The notes under the pieces: generated by a model
What the model was told of the DNA's origin: nothing
What the model saw: the letters and a program-made list of their open reading frames with translations, nothing else
The model's database searches: none
Shown here: positions 1 through 12,024 of the stretch, one piece after another
Layout of the letters: each line of letters starts with the position of its first letter
Position numbering within the stretch: position 1 is the first letter of the stretch
Source: Lophium mytilinum
Taxonomy: Eukaryota
NCBI GenBank assembly: GCA_010093605.1
Contig: MU004182.1
Span: 2,279,195 to 2,343,194 of the forward strand
Length of the DNA: 64,000 nt
Direction: 5' to 3'
Translations under genes and position numbers: made by a program

Positions 1-5
1 AGGTT

Positions 6-1788
6 ATGTATACTACCGTATCCAAGTGCCCTAAAAAACTAACATGTATGGTAGCATTGGTCTGCCTTCCCATGCATCCCGTATCACGCTTCCTGGCTTT
101 TCCTCCCAGCATCCGACAAACGCTCTTTAAAACAGCTTCCAAAAGCCTACTTATCCACAATCATCGGACCCTCATAACTCTCGCTATTGAAACATCTTGC
201 GATGACACAGCCGTAGCTGTCTTAGAGACAAGAACCTCAAGCAGCCGTGATGGCGGCCCGCGCGTGGTCCTACACTTTCACAAGAAGGTAACCTCGAACA
301 GCTCGGCTTTCAAAGGAGTACATCCACTCGTCGCCCTTGAATCCCATCAAGAATCTTTAGCAGACCTCGTCAATGAAGCGATCCAGGAACTCCCAATAAA
401 AGGCCCATCGAATGCCAATGGAACAACTATAAACTACGACTTTGGCTCAGAGGGTGGACTAGAAGCCCTGCAGGATGAGATGGAGCAAAGCGATATAAAA
501 CATCTTCCAAGCGTAGAGCACAAAAGGTGTCCAGATTTCATCGCTGTGACCCGCGGCCCAGGAATGCGCTCCAACCTGTTCACTGGCATCGACACAGCTA
601 AAGGTCTGGCAGTAGCATGGCAAATACCTTTGGTGGGAGTCCATCACATGCAAGCACATGCTCTCACACCTCGACTTGTGGCTGCTCTCCAGCCCGTGGA
701 GTCGAGACGTTCCTGGCAAAATCGTGAAACTTACCCCAAGACTCCCGAATTCCCCTTTCTCTCGGTCCTGGTTTCCGGTGGTCATACCCTACTGGTACTA
801 TCGGAGACGCTTACGGAGCATAGAGTTCTTGCCACAACAGCTGATATAGCCATAGGCCAATTTCTGGACAAGGTTGCTCGTGTAATACTTCCAAAAGAAT
901 ACCTAGGACGAGCTGAGGGCACTATGTATGGTGCTTTGCTTGAGGAGTTTGCGTTTCCCTCTATCTCCGCGGATGCTATCCCTGAACAGAAAACCAAGAT
1001 GGTCCCATCCGCCAATGTTGTGAAAGACCGTCTATGGCGGCATGGGTATGCAAACTACAAGTCTCCATACAAAATGCAACACACCACTGCAGGAGGTTAC
1101 CTGTTGCGCAAATCTCCAGATCATCACGCCCAGGAATACCACTACAACGCCTCTAGCGACCAGAAGAAGGGTGACTTCAAGCCAATGACTGAGTGGGGCT
1201 GGGGATTTAGTCCACCACTTTCAAACTCGGCCGGAGGCGCAAAGCACAAAAGTTTGGAATTCAGCTTCTCCGGCCTAACAACCGCCGTACAGCGTGCTAT
1301 GAAGTTCTCTTTCGAATCTGGTAGACTTACCGACGTTGAAAGAGATGCAGATTCAATTAGCATTACGGAACGCAGAACCATGGCTCGAGAAGCTATGCGA
1401 GCTGCCTTTGAGCATCTAGCAAGTCGTATTGTGCTCGGACTACAACACATAAAGTTGACAGACCCTAAGCTAGCAAGCCAACTAACGTCTTGCGTCATCA
1501 GTGGAGGCGTAGCGTCAAATGGGTACTTGAGGCATATGTAAGTTGCTTGGTTCTACGTCTCCTAACCAATGCTAAGCTCTTAGACTGGCGAGTAATCTTG
1601 CTACTCACCGCTATCAGAACATGAGCCTTTACTTCCCACCGCCAAGTCTTTGCACGGATAACGCTGCTATGATAGCTTGGGCTGGCATGGAGATGTTTGA
1701 GGCCGGCTTTCAAGACGACTACTCTATTCGCGCTATTCGGAAGTGGCCATTGGAAAACCTGGTTAACGAGCGTCCCATCGGCAACTGA
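6..1788 (+). CDS. QRI7: Kae1/TsaD-family tRNA N6-threonylcarbamoyltransferase, mitochondrial QRI7-like; intron 1538-1583; start codon uncertain (6, 48 or 72)
   Basis: Motifs [29 protein letters not shown] and ISGGVASN. After the GTAAGT...TAG intron the frame continues with [12 protein letters not shown] to TGA at 1786-1788. Confidence 0.9.
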
Positions 1789-2589
1789 GCCGCTCTTTTC
1801 CTCTAGTCTGCTTTACGTCTTGTAGTACTTGGATTAGGGCATGACCGGAGAACACGCCACAAGCTGGTGTTATTCTAATGTGGAAAGAAAATCTGACCGC
1901 CCAATCATTTCATCTATAGGATACACACAACAAACACTGTTCACAGCTCCCATGGGACAAATCGCGCCCAGGGCTAACTTCATTCCCAGCCCAGAAAATG
2001 CAAATCCCTTCCACCGCATTGTGTATTTCAATGTCTGCAACGCCGTAGCACTTTACCTGCCAATGTCTAGTACCCATCCCAAGATTCATGCTACGTACCA
2101 TCAGACGTCACATACATCGGTGAGGTGTTCCCGATCACCTTGCATATGCACGGCCTCTTTCATTCCTAGTCGTCTCGGTCACTGCCGAATCTGCGGAGCG
2201 GCGTTCATCAATATAGATTACCCGGTCTGCAATTGATCTCCCTTACATTGTATGTCATCTATAGATCTATTTTTACTTTCCTTGTCACCACCAAAGCTGC
2301 CCTTGGTGTCTTTCTGCCTTTATTTCGGAAGTGCTTTAACCCTTCTGCGTGCCTAGATGCAGCACATGTGCAACCATCGGCCCGCGGGTGAGCTGGATCT
2401 GTTGTCCTTCGTCGTATCTTTCATCTGTTCAGACAAGGTTCTCAGTACTCAGGTGACCAGCCGGAATGGATGATAAGTGATATCGTTACCTCCATATAAT
2501 ACTTACTTCTTTGCACACCCCAACAAACAAGGTCAACCAGTTTGGATACTTGCTGCTACAAGCTGGGATATCCTGTCTACTGCCTCAGC

Positions 2590-3931
2590 ATGATGACAAT
2601 GTGTCAAGTCCTCATAGCCATTTCGGCACTCGTGGTCACGTAGGTGGTGTCTTTTCTAGATGTCTGTTTAAAATTTTCCCAACTAAGCATAAGCTAAAAT
2701 CTATTCCAGCTCTCACGCTAATCTATGCCCGACCTGCTACACCAACACTGTTCCAGGAAGGATCAATTGCCCACTGATCCCAGCTCTCACGACACCTTGC
2801 CACGAACTCAAATGCGTCTCAATCACCACCAGATCCATTCCCGGGCCAAACCTAGCCTGCCCCACTACCCCAACTATCACATCCTATGGCGCCTGTCCAA
2901 CTACAGCCACATGCCGAACAGGCTGTCTCGTCGTGACAACAACCAAAACAGGCCCTTCCTACGATTGTGGAGTCAGCTGGGAGACTGGTACCCCAAGCAG
3001 CGAAGCCAGCGTCACCTTCGAAACCGCCGCCACCGACTCCGCCTACGGGACCTGGGACGAGCGTGACAAATCAGCCACTGATGCTACACCGGCGACGTCC
3101 ACTTATCTGAACTGTATTCCGCCTCCGTGCTATACTCACAGTGTTCCAGCCCTTCTCTCTTGCCCTTCTCTTACGGCGCTTTCTCCTCCTTGCGTAGTGC
3201 CGGAGTGCGCGATCATCACGACAACGACTGTTCCAGGATCTAATCCCGCGTGTCCAACCACGCCCACGATCACCACAACGGACCCCTGTCCAACAACTTC
3301 AACATGTCGGAAGGGGTGTCTTATTATCACGAGTACGGTCACAGCGCCAAGCTGGAGCTGCGCTTTTGCCGCGAGCGACACGAGCGCAGCTGCGGTTACG
3401 TGGTATAAAAGAGATGCGGGACCGAACGCAGACCCCCAGATCTGGTGGGGCTCACCAAAAGCCAGCGTGAGCTGGAACAGGGCAAAAAGAGCTCCCGAAC
3501 CAACACTCCCGGTGACCCCATGCGTCGTCACAACCACCGCGACCATCGTCCCCCCCTGCGTCCCCACCGGCTGCCTCGCAGAAGAATACCTCTGCCCACT
3601 CTCCTCAGACGAGATGCCAGCGCGCCGAGATCTTGAAGCGCGCGAGGATTGCAGCACGGCTACGGCTACGTTTTTTGCTGGATGCCCGACATGTGGCGCT
3701 AGCTGCGCGACTCCGACGTCGTCGAGATATAGCACCGCTGAAACCACATTGTCTTGCCCTACGGCTACAGTGACGAAGCCGGCGAATTGCGATGGTGTGT
3801 ATTGTGTGGAGTGCGTGCCTAGGACTACGACGGCGGTGGGGGTGGAGGAGAAGAGTGAGAATTGGCTTGAGGCGGATTGTACGGCCATGACCACTGTGAC
3901 GGTGTTGGAGAGGTGTTGTCCTGTCTGCTAG
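2590..3931 (+). CDS. Secreted Cys/Thr-rich repeat protein with Kex2-like sites; intron 2640-2709
   Basis: Signal-like MMTMCQVLIAISALVVTSHA splices in frame into ORF 2933-3931. Two homologous ~85-aa Cys-rich modules; KR/RR/ERD processing-like sites. Confidence 0.75.
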
Positions 3932-4702
3932 GGGTATCAACGGGTTCCGGGAGGGCGGTTGGGAAAGAAGATAAGGGCCGTATATAGATTTGTCTTCGAG
4001 AGAAAAGTCTGCTGGGTTTCTGTTTGATTTTGTTTTACGCGCGATGGTCGCGCACTTGTTTAAGGAAGAAAAGGTTCTTATACAGAGCAGGATCGTGGTA
4101 TGCTAACTTTCAACATGCAACGATAGTTTTTGGAGTAGTTATTTGGTCGTGCTGCCTTTCACCGAGGAACTTTGGTCGCAAGTGAAAGACCAATTCTACA
4201 CCAGCACGTTCTTACTTGCATGCAAATATCATATCAATCATATAGGATCTTTGACGATATACTCGCTGAACATTCTGTGCGTTCTGATTGGATATCTCGA
4301 AACGTGTCACGTGGTCATCTTCTTGGCTGTGGCCTCTCTCAGACAACCTCGGAACCTTCCAACTTCATCCATCAATCCTCATCTCCAACATTGCAACGAC
4401 GTTAATCAATCATCGTAAAGTCATTATTCATCGCCAAAACAACCTCAAATGTAATCTTAACTCATCCCAAAGCTGTAAATACAGCTGTTAGCAGCGTCTC
4501 GGTGGTCTAGCCTCTATCTAGGAGAAAGTGAGCTGCCTTAAGCACCAGCACGCTATCTCCATCACGAGAGGAGGTAAAATGATAGAACTCGATATCTGAC
4601 AAACTGGCCCTCCAATCTGATTTTTGGAGTCTCTTTTATCAGATCGAGCAGCCAAAAAGGCGTTGTCGCGGCCAAGTTTGCGCCAAGGTTTAATTTCTTT
4701 GA

Positions 4703-4722
4703 AATGCCCTCGCGCTCATTGG
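4703..4722 (-). promoter_or_regulatory. Candidate CBC/HapX bipartite site (CSAAT-N12-RWT) upstream of CCC1
   Basis: Minus strand reads CCAAT-gagcgcgagggc-ATT, ~415 bp upstream of the vacuolar iron importer, a known HapX target class. The motif is short and could be chance. Confidence 0.3.
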
Positions 4723-5134
4723 CTGCCGCAGCAGTCATGATACCCTCCAAATCTACAACTCTAGTAGTTAGCACATATGTATAAAGGGCTAAGAAGAGCT
4801 CTGCAATACGATTTCATTAGAATTTTTCGACTAATTCTGCTGTGCTCTCTGATTATCATTCCTCTTCACTACACCTTCCTCCCGATAACTTCCTTGTACA
4901 CGAACGAAGAAAGCGCATATCAAGCAACGTTCCTAGGCCGTGATACAGTAGCTCTCAATCGAGGCCTATCTCCAGGTTTCACTGATAAGGGGTATTCTCT
5001 CTGGATTTGTATTACGGAAATCGTTCCGTTGCAATCAAAAGCACGCCACGCTCAACTTCCATTACCATCGGCCTCCGAAACTCCTCCTTGCCAAACTTCA
5101 ACGGTGTCAAACCCCACACTCTAATATCGTTGAA

Positions 5135-6115
5135 ATGATGCCGCACCTTCCGGCGGAACCTACAAGTACTCGGTCGAGCCACGCAGGGCTCTTTAACGAC
5201 GTAGACCTGGAACGCCAATCTACGGCCGTCAACCCGGCTCCGCATGCCGAACATCACACAAAGCATGGAGCTATTGTTCGCGATACTATCATCGGGTTCG
5301 CGGACGGGTTGACAGTGCCTTTCGCCTTGACCGCTGGTTTGTCAAGGTATGTTGAAATTTCCAGCACCTCATTTGAATCATATCTTTCTATACCAGATCC
5401 TCTACGTGGTGTTGTGTAGCTTGGGTACCAGGAGGGCCTTAACTAATGTATCATAGCATAGGATCCTCACGACTGGTGATCCTTGGTGGTCTTGCGGAGC
5501 TCTTCGCTGGTGCCATCTCGATGGGTCTCGGTGGGTATCTCGCCGCAGTGACAGAGCGTAAGCACTATCAAGTCGAGGAAGCGCGGGAAAGAATGGAAGT
5601 GAACGAAAAGCCGGCGGCGGAGGAGGAAGAGATTTATGAAATCTTTGCTGAATACAACCTGAAACGCGAAGTCGTCCAGCCGTTTGTGGAACACTTGAAG
5701 ACAGACAAGGAGACTTGGGTCCGAGTGAGTATACATCTCAGCTGTCTCGATGACTCCAGTATGCTAAGCTCTCTTTCAGTTCATGATGGACTTCGAGCTC
5801 CGCCTTGAGAAACCAGAAACATCACGAGCCTGGATCTCGGCGGTTGTCATGGGTTTGTCCTACTTCTTCGGCGGTCTGATCCCGATGATACCCTACTTCG
5901 CACTCCACAAGGTCAACATCGCGCTATTCGCTTCCATCGGAATCACGGTAGTGATGCTGCTGTCGTTCGGTTATGCCAAAGCGATCTTCACAGGAACGGA
6001 CAGGAAGACTGCAGTGTGGAGCGCGCTACAAACGTTGTTCGTCGGAGTGCTCGCAGCGAGCAGTTCGTATGGGATTGTCAGGGGTATCAATGCGATTCAT
6101 CCAGTGAAGGTATGA
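5135..6115 (+). CDS. CCC1: Vacuolar iron/manganese transporter (VIT1/CCC1 family); introns 5347-5456 and 5725-5779
   Basis: RDTIIGFADGLTVPFALTAGLS, GLAELFAGAISMGLGGYLA and GLSYFFGGLIPMIPYF; canonical GT-AG introns join three ORF pieces in frame. Confidence 0.93.
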
Positions 6116-6537
6116 TCGAGGTGGTATTCTGAAGGAAGGCGTCTCCATGTACTACGGTTTGGTATGGGTATACTGCCGTCCCGGCGACGGAGGTGAAAAT
6201 TGAAAGTCTTGGCATTCACCTTGAATAGCCCACCTGGCAATTGTGACGCAATCAATACCTTCGCACAATTGACTGCCAGTTGCTATTGTATGTCCACACA
6301 ATAGCATCGCATTCATATATCTTTCTTCGTCACGTCAACTACTTCCTCTCTCCTTCAACCGACACCCACCCTCTTCTCCAACCATCCAGCTTCTTCGCAA
6401 CCGCGACTCTGTTCCAAAAGCCACTCATACTTTCCTGCGACGTTTGTCTAGAACGATACGCCCGTCCACCGATTCATCATCTCACGATTTCCTGCATCCT
6501 CATCTTCAGACCTTTCGCTCAGCGCCAACTGTACAAG

Positions 6538-7551
6538 ATGCCTCGAGGAGTTTACGAGAGGAAGACCAAGGGCAACAAGACTGCTGGCCCAGCTACCGCC
6601 ACCGGTCCAAAGGTACAGAACAACCTTCTTAAATCCTACCAGACACCGCCATTAACCAGCTACCAGACTACACACGAGACATCATCCACTGCCGCTGCCG
6701 TTACCTCAGGCGAAGACCAGATCACCACCAGCCCCGACACCTCCCCTCCCACGCACTTCCCTCTCGTCCCGCGCCGCGAGATCCCCGCCCAGCGCACCGC
6801 CGAAGACCTGACCCCCTCTGAGCGTCACTCGCGCAACATGTCGCTGTATCCCGACCTCTACACCGCCGCCGAGAAAGCCTTCGACCAGAACCTCAAGACC
6901 AACAAGCAGAAGCTCACCGTGCGCCGCTACCTCCGCATGCGTCGCCGCAACCGCGCCCCCGTCCACCACGACCCGTACGAGACGCTCAGCTCCGACGAGA
7001 GCGACGCCGAGACGTCCTGGCACCGCAAGAAGCTGCGCATCCAGAAGAAGCGCAAGGCCCTGCCTCCTGTCGCCGCCGTCGCGAGCACCCCGGACCCTGT
7101 TGCTGCCGTCCAAACCGAAGTCGTTCCAGCCCTGGATCCCGCCTCCTCGTCGCTGTCCTCCCCGCCCGAGTCTGATTCCGACGCCAAACCTGTTGTGGCT
7201 GTCGCTGCGCCCGAGATCGTGGCCAAGGCCCCTGTGCGCCGCGGCATGCGCTGGACGGTGGAGGAGCGTCAACTCATTATCGATATCTTCAACGAGCATG
7301 CCGGAGAGCCGCAATTCACGATCGCGGAGATGATGCGGGTGTGGGTGGCCAGGATGAAGGGCCACCGCACCGTGGAGGCGGTCGGGCTCGAGTATCAGAA
7401 GTACAAGGCGTGGTATGTGAAGAGGGAGTTGCCGCCGCCGGAGATCTTTGGCAGGCTGAAGAGGGTGCCGAAGGGGGTGGCGAAGAAGGCTGATATGGAG
7501 GTGGCTGAGGAGGGAGGGGTGGAGGGTGGTGCGGATCAGATGGAGGAGTAG
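6538..7551 (+). CDS. Hypothetical basic/low-complexity nuclear protein with a C-terminal Myb/SANT-like segment
   Basis: Long ORF with coding-like codon usage, NLS-like RKKLRIQKKRK, and RWTVEERQLIIDIF...W...RTVEAV resembling a Myb-like repeat. Confidence 0.6.
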   Translation: MPRGVYERKTKGNKTAGPATATGPKVQNNLLKSYQTPPLTSYQTTHETSSTAAAVTSGEDQITTSPDTSPPTHFPLVPRREIPAQRTAEDLTPSERHSRNMSLYPDLYTAAEKAFDQNLKTNKQKLTVRRYLRMRRRNRAPVHHDPYETLSSDESDAETSWHRKKLRIQKKRKALPPVAAVASTPDPVAAVQTEVVPALDPASSSLSSPPESDSDAKPVVAVAAPEIVAKAPVRRGMRWTVEERQLIIDIFNEHAGEPQFTIAEMMRVWVARMKGHRTVEAVGLEYQKYKAWYVKRELPPPEIFGRLKRVPKGVAKKADMEVAEEGGVEGGADQMEE

Positions 7552-7881
7552 ATAGGTTTGGGTGGTGCCTCGGGATTCGGGGCTTGGGTGCTGTAGATAG
7601 CTGATAGGACACGGAATTGAATAGCTGATTCTGTTCATTTGGCAGTATGGCTGTGGTTTGAGATGTCTTCTGGGTGTATTCAAATATCTGAGATGTGATG
7701 TAAAGGTTGAGACACTGTGACCTGGATCGAAAAGCAGATGTAAAGGTATGACCCCTTGATTTAGGCTGTGGGTACTGTGTATAGCATCCTTCATTATAAA
7801 ATAAGTCATTTTGTCTACTTAATTGGCAGTATGGTTGTGTATTAACAGGTCTCCTGGGCGCATTCAAAACTCTGCATCATA

Positions 7882-8260
7882 ATGTCAAAGACTAAGCCCT
7901 CTAAATCTAATATCTGCTCTTCTACTGCTATTTTATAAGATATACTAGGCTGTACGTGCAGGCACACGGGTATTACACTCCTCTGGCGCTAGTTTTGCTT
8001 GGCTCATACCACTGTCAGGAGTAGCCTAGCCAGCATCTAGATATTTAGTTAAAAGGTGACGGTTTATAAGTGAGCACTTCGTGATGTTAAAGACTAAGCA
8101 CTCTAAATCTAATATCTGCTCTTCTACTTCTGTTTTTTAATATATACTAGACGGTATGTGCAGGCACACGGTTATTGCACTACTCTAGCTCTATATTTGC
8201 TTGCCTTATACCACTGTTAGGAGTAGCCCAGCCAGCATTTAGATATCTAGTTAAAAGGTA
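7882..8260. repeat. Degenerate direct repeat, 2 x ~175 bp (period ~200 bp)
   Basis: aaagactaagc.ctctaaatctaatatctgctcttctact...gccagcat.tagatat.tagttaaaaggt occurs at ~7887 and ~8088, with scattered substitutions, many of them transitions. Confidence 0.85.
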
Positions 8261-8494
8261 GCTTTTGGCCTTAGTAGGCACCCGCCTGGGCATGGCTTGG
8301 CCTGATATAGTGCGATTTGGAGCTTAAGTACTGCATATAGCTTCGAAGGTCATGAATTAGGTAGCTAGTTCTAGTCAATTAACAGTATCGATGCCGTCTA
8401 AGAAGCCTCCAGGATAAACCAAATATCTTAATACGTGATGTAAAGAACGAGACTCGGCGAATGAGATCGATTAGCAGAATTCCAGATACACAGT

Positions 8495-8850
8495 GTAAAG
8501 CAGCAGGCTGATACCGTTTGAAGTCCTTTGGCGGTGCGAGAAAACGAGAAATAGGATGTCAAATCCCGGGCGGTTCAAATTGTATTGGGTTGATTTAGGG
8601 CTTGTTTGGGGGGTGGTTGATACCGTTTGAGGTCCTTTAGCGGTGCGAGAAAGTAAGAGACAGGATGTCAAAGTCCGGGGGTTTCAAATTGCATTGGGTT
8701 AATTTAGGGCTTGTTTAGGGGGTGGTTAATACCGTCTGAAGTCCTTTGGCGGTGCCAAAAAATGAGAGATAGGATGTTAAAGTTCGGTTGGTTCAGATTG
8801 CATTAGGTTGATTTGCGCCGGTAAAGCGGCAGGCTGACACCGTTTGAGGT
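8495..8850. repeat. Tandem repeat, ~3 copies of a 109-bp unit
   Basis: Units start at 8509, 8618 and 8727 (t.ataccgt.tga.gtccttt.gcggtgc...aggatgt.aaa...ttca.attg.att.ggtt.attt). gtaaagc.gcaggctga.accgtttg occurs at both 8495 and 8821. Confidence 0.85.
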
Positions 8851-11800
8851 GGCCTGCGAAGCCTTTAGCCCTGGTGGAATTGTACTTTTCCGATGTTTTA
8901 TAGGGTACTATAGGACCTTAAGCGGTGCCAAGCTTGTATACGGATAGCCTGGAGGGCGTGTGGGGTAAAGGGATATACCTAGCTGTCACGCGGGGCACGA
9001 AAACGGTGGTACTCCGTTCTCCCTTTTATACATCTCTCTGCCGCTGCTTATGGTGCTCCGATGCATTTTTAAAAGTATAAATGACTTAGCTTTGGGCGAT
9101 GTGGAAACTTGTTAAAGCACTCCAGTAGTGGCAGACACGTGTACGTACCTACTAGATACATAGTATAATACCTATAAGATAGGGTGGTAGAGGAGTGGAA
9201 GTAGAAATTGGCAGTCTATGAATCTATAAGGTATACCTACTGTTTTGATAGTGGGCTAGCACCGTTAAAGGTCCTCTAGTATGTTATTACTACATAAGGA
9301 ATACCAGCTTTAGCAAGCCTTATAGTTCTCCAGGCCACCTTAGACGGCGTTGAACTGCTAGAGAGCGCTACATTTTTCTGCCTAGCGTGGCTGTATATGT
9401 ATCTACCATGAATCCTCTCCAACATGGCCGTTACTTACCTGTCGATATATATAAATGTTAGGCCGACGTGGGTTCAAGGTACCTCAGCCAATAGGAGGAT
9501 GGTCCGTCAAAAGGTAGCTTAATTTACATAGTATTGATCCCGACGATCTATAAGAACGTAGAAGAAGCGAACATAGACAGTAAAGTAGATACCGCAACCC
9601 TAAATCTTTGTTCTTGCTCTTTAACACCATTGTAGGGGGTAGCCCGATTAGCTGGTGTTTGCCTGGTCAAGAGCTGTCCTAGCTTACACTGTAGTAACCT
9701 TAACATCTCCCTAGACGATATAAAAGCTACAGGCTTTAGCCTAAGTTAGGTATAGCAACGCTTAAGCTTAATTCTTGCTTGCTGAATACTACTGTACTGA
9801 GTACCCTGACTGACTAAAGACTGGTCCGTTAAGATATAGCTCAATTCACGCTACCCGGACGATGATATCCTTCAAGAACGTAAATGTTGGCAGCTTGGGC
9901 AATGCCTCGGATATCCCAACCCTAGAGTTCCATTCTTTCTCGCTCGAGACCACCTTCTAGGGTAGCTCAGCTAGTCGCTCAGTTCGCTGTCGTTGTTGAG
10001 AAGCGCGGGGTGTGGAAAGCGTTGTGAGGTTAGCCGCCTACGACACGTGGAACCAACGCGACGTGTGTCCCAGGATTTCTTGTGCCTCATGGCACAGAGA
10101 CTCTCGTGGCACGGCAGAGTGGCGCGCGCGAAGCTGAAGAGCGGCGGCGCGAGGGCTCGGCACTCTGCTGCCGATAATTGTGGATGGCGGCAGTGCCGTC
10201 TCACCCGAGAGATGGATGCAACGGTATGCTATCCGGGATCGGATGAGACATTCTGGAACAGCTGTCATTTACAGATGGAGGGGCGATGCTGCTTGAATTA
10301 GGAAGGGCCGATGACTGATGATTGATGAAGACGAATGAGGGAGGCTGTTCGTGAGGATCGAAAGAGGTTGAAGTCGAGCGCCGCAAACTCTGGATGGGAC
10401 AGATGTCCCGGTGCCTGCAGGATGGAGTGGCACGGGTAGTCTCCCAGGCACAGTGCTCCTCCAGGATTGAAGAGCAGCTGCAGGAAGAGGCGTGAGAAGC
10501 CCGAGGGAAGCATGAGAACTGTACGATGGTTCGCGCATTCGTGGTAAGGAGTTCCCTCTATCTCAACACCCATTCTCCTTCCAGAAGGAGGGAGTGACGT
10601 GATGTTTGGACCATGGGGTCTTGATGCTCCCGAGGTCCCGGAGTCCTCAGCCACAGCCTTGTGAGGCGCCCAAGCCCTGGCTGTTTCACATTGTGAGTGA
10701 CAGGCAAAGAGCTGCATCGATACGGCGGGCCCAATTTCACTCTCCACAGCTCCCGCCTCAGCGCTGGATTTAAGCTTTGCGACAAGAGATCAGGAGAGGT
10801 ACGAAGGCGCAGCACTCCGGTGAAAGACCAATGCCTCCCTCGGGCCTCACAGACAGCCCGTATCCACGATGCCCGCACTGCTTACTGAGAGGGGTCAGGC
10901 GCATCCCTCGCTCTGCCATCCAAAATTTGGTACGAGTCACTGGTGCGAGACGAAGCTCCCCCGAGTGCGATTCGCTGCGGGCGGCGTCAGCGTAAATTCG
11001 CGGTTTTGACGCGGCTTTTGAAGGTGACGTGCACTCGCATTGGGTTCCGAGTGGGCCGTGGGCGTTGTGGGCGCCGCGAGCGAGGAGACGGGATGGAACG
11101 ACGTCCTCAACAAGGAGTCCTCTAGCTAAAACAGATGCTTCCAGGTAAGGAGTATTGTCGGTAGACGTTCCGGTACGCACGCCTCTTCTCACACACAGTC
11201 CCTCCGCCTCGGAGACGGGCGCACGTGCTTGGCACGAGGCATTGCAGCCACCACGCCTTGCTCGTCGTTGCATCGCATGATGGTGGTGCTTCCCAGTCCC
11301 AGCAAAAGGCGACGCTGGCACACTGGCCTCCCCAGCCGCGCCCCTGGACCTGGCGACGGCGCTGGTTGGTGTGTTCCTGGCCCGCCGTGTCAGCGCCTCG
11401 TTGTGGTTAAACTCAGGGGAAACCCTCGCTCGCTCTCCACCTCACCGCCTGCAGATCGGCTTGCAGGCACCGGCCATCCTCATCCCCTTGGCCAAGTCGC
11501 TGTTTCGAGAGCGCGCAAGCTCGTGCCGGCCCCAGCCTCAGCCAATGGCACCCGCTCTGCCCTCCGGATACGACGTCCCTGTCAGCGCTGCTATGCCGCG
11601 TCCAGCAACAAGCCTTCGATGGGGTCCACTCGCGGACGCTCTGCTGCTCCCTGCGGCGCCCCCCTTCGGCTGCAGCTGGCCCCAGATCGACTATTATTAA
11701 AATAATCAAGCCGCCCGCGCGGCTCGCCGCAGGAGAGAAAAACAGCGACGCACCCGTGGCTTTCCTGTTGTTTCACTCATCCATCGACCGAGGACCTCTC

Positions 11801-12024
11801 CTCTGTCCACCACGCTCTTTTGATCCTTCTCCGTGCCTCTTAATTGTAATTTGGCACACGTTTGCAGTGCAAAGTCTTTGCTTTGGCCGCGTCCTGTCGT
11901 TTGCGCTACTCCCACATCCATCCCGCTGATCATTGGCCGTCCGATATAAGGCCTGCTCCCTCCGCTAGGGGTACGCAATCAATCTTCGACGAGCACTTTC
12001 GAGGCCATTACCTCACTCTCCATA

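Noticed and set aside
6706..7809. Long antisense ORFs (also 3136-3894, 13141-13740, 31069-31689, 45753-46415)
   Set aside because: These are shadows of GC-rich sense-strand genes with no independent motifs.
8509..8850. CRISPR-like array
   Set aside because: Whole 109-bp units repeat without unique spacers, the context is eukaryotic, and there are no cas genes.
9971..11978. Many overlapping 60-180 aa ORFs upstream of the tyrosinase
   Set aside because: No motifs or consistent codon bias; best explained as GC-rich promoter or intergenic sequence.
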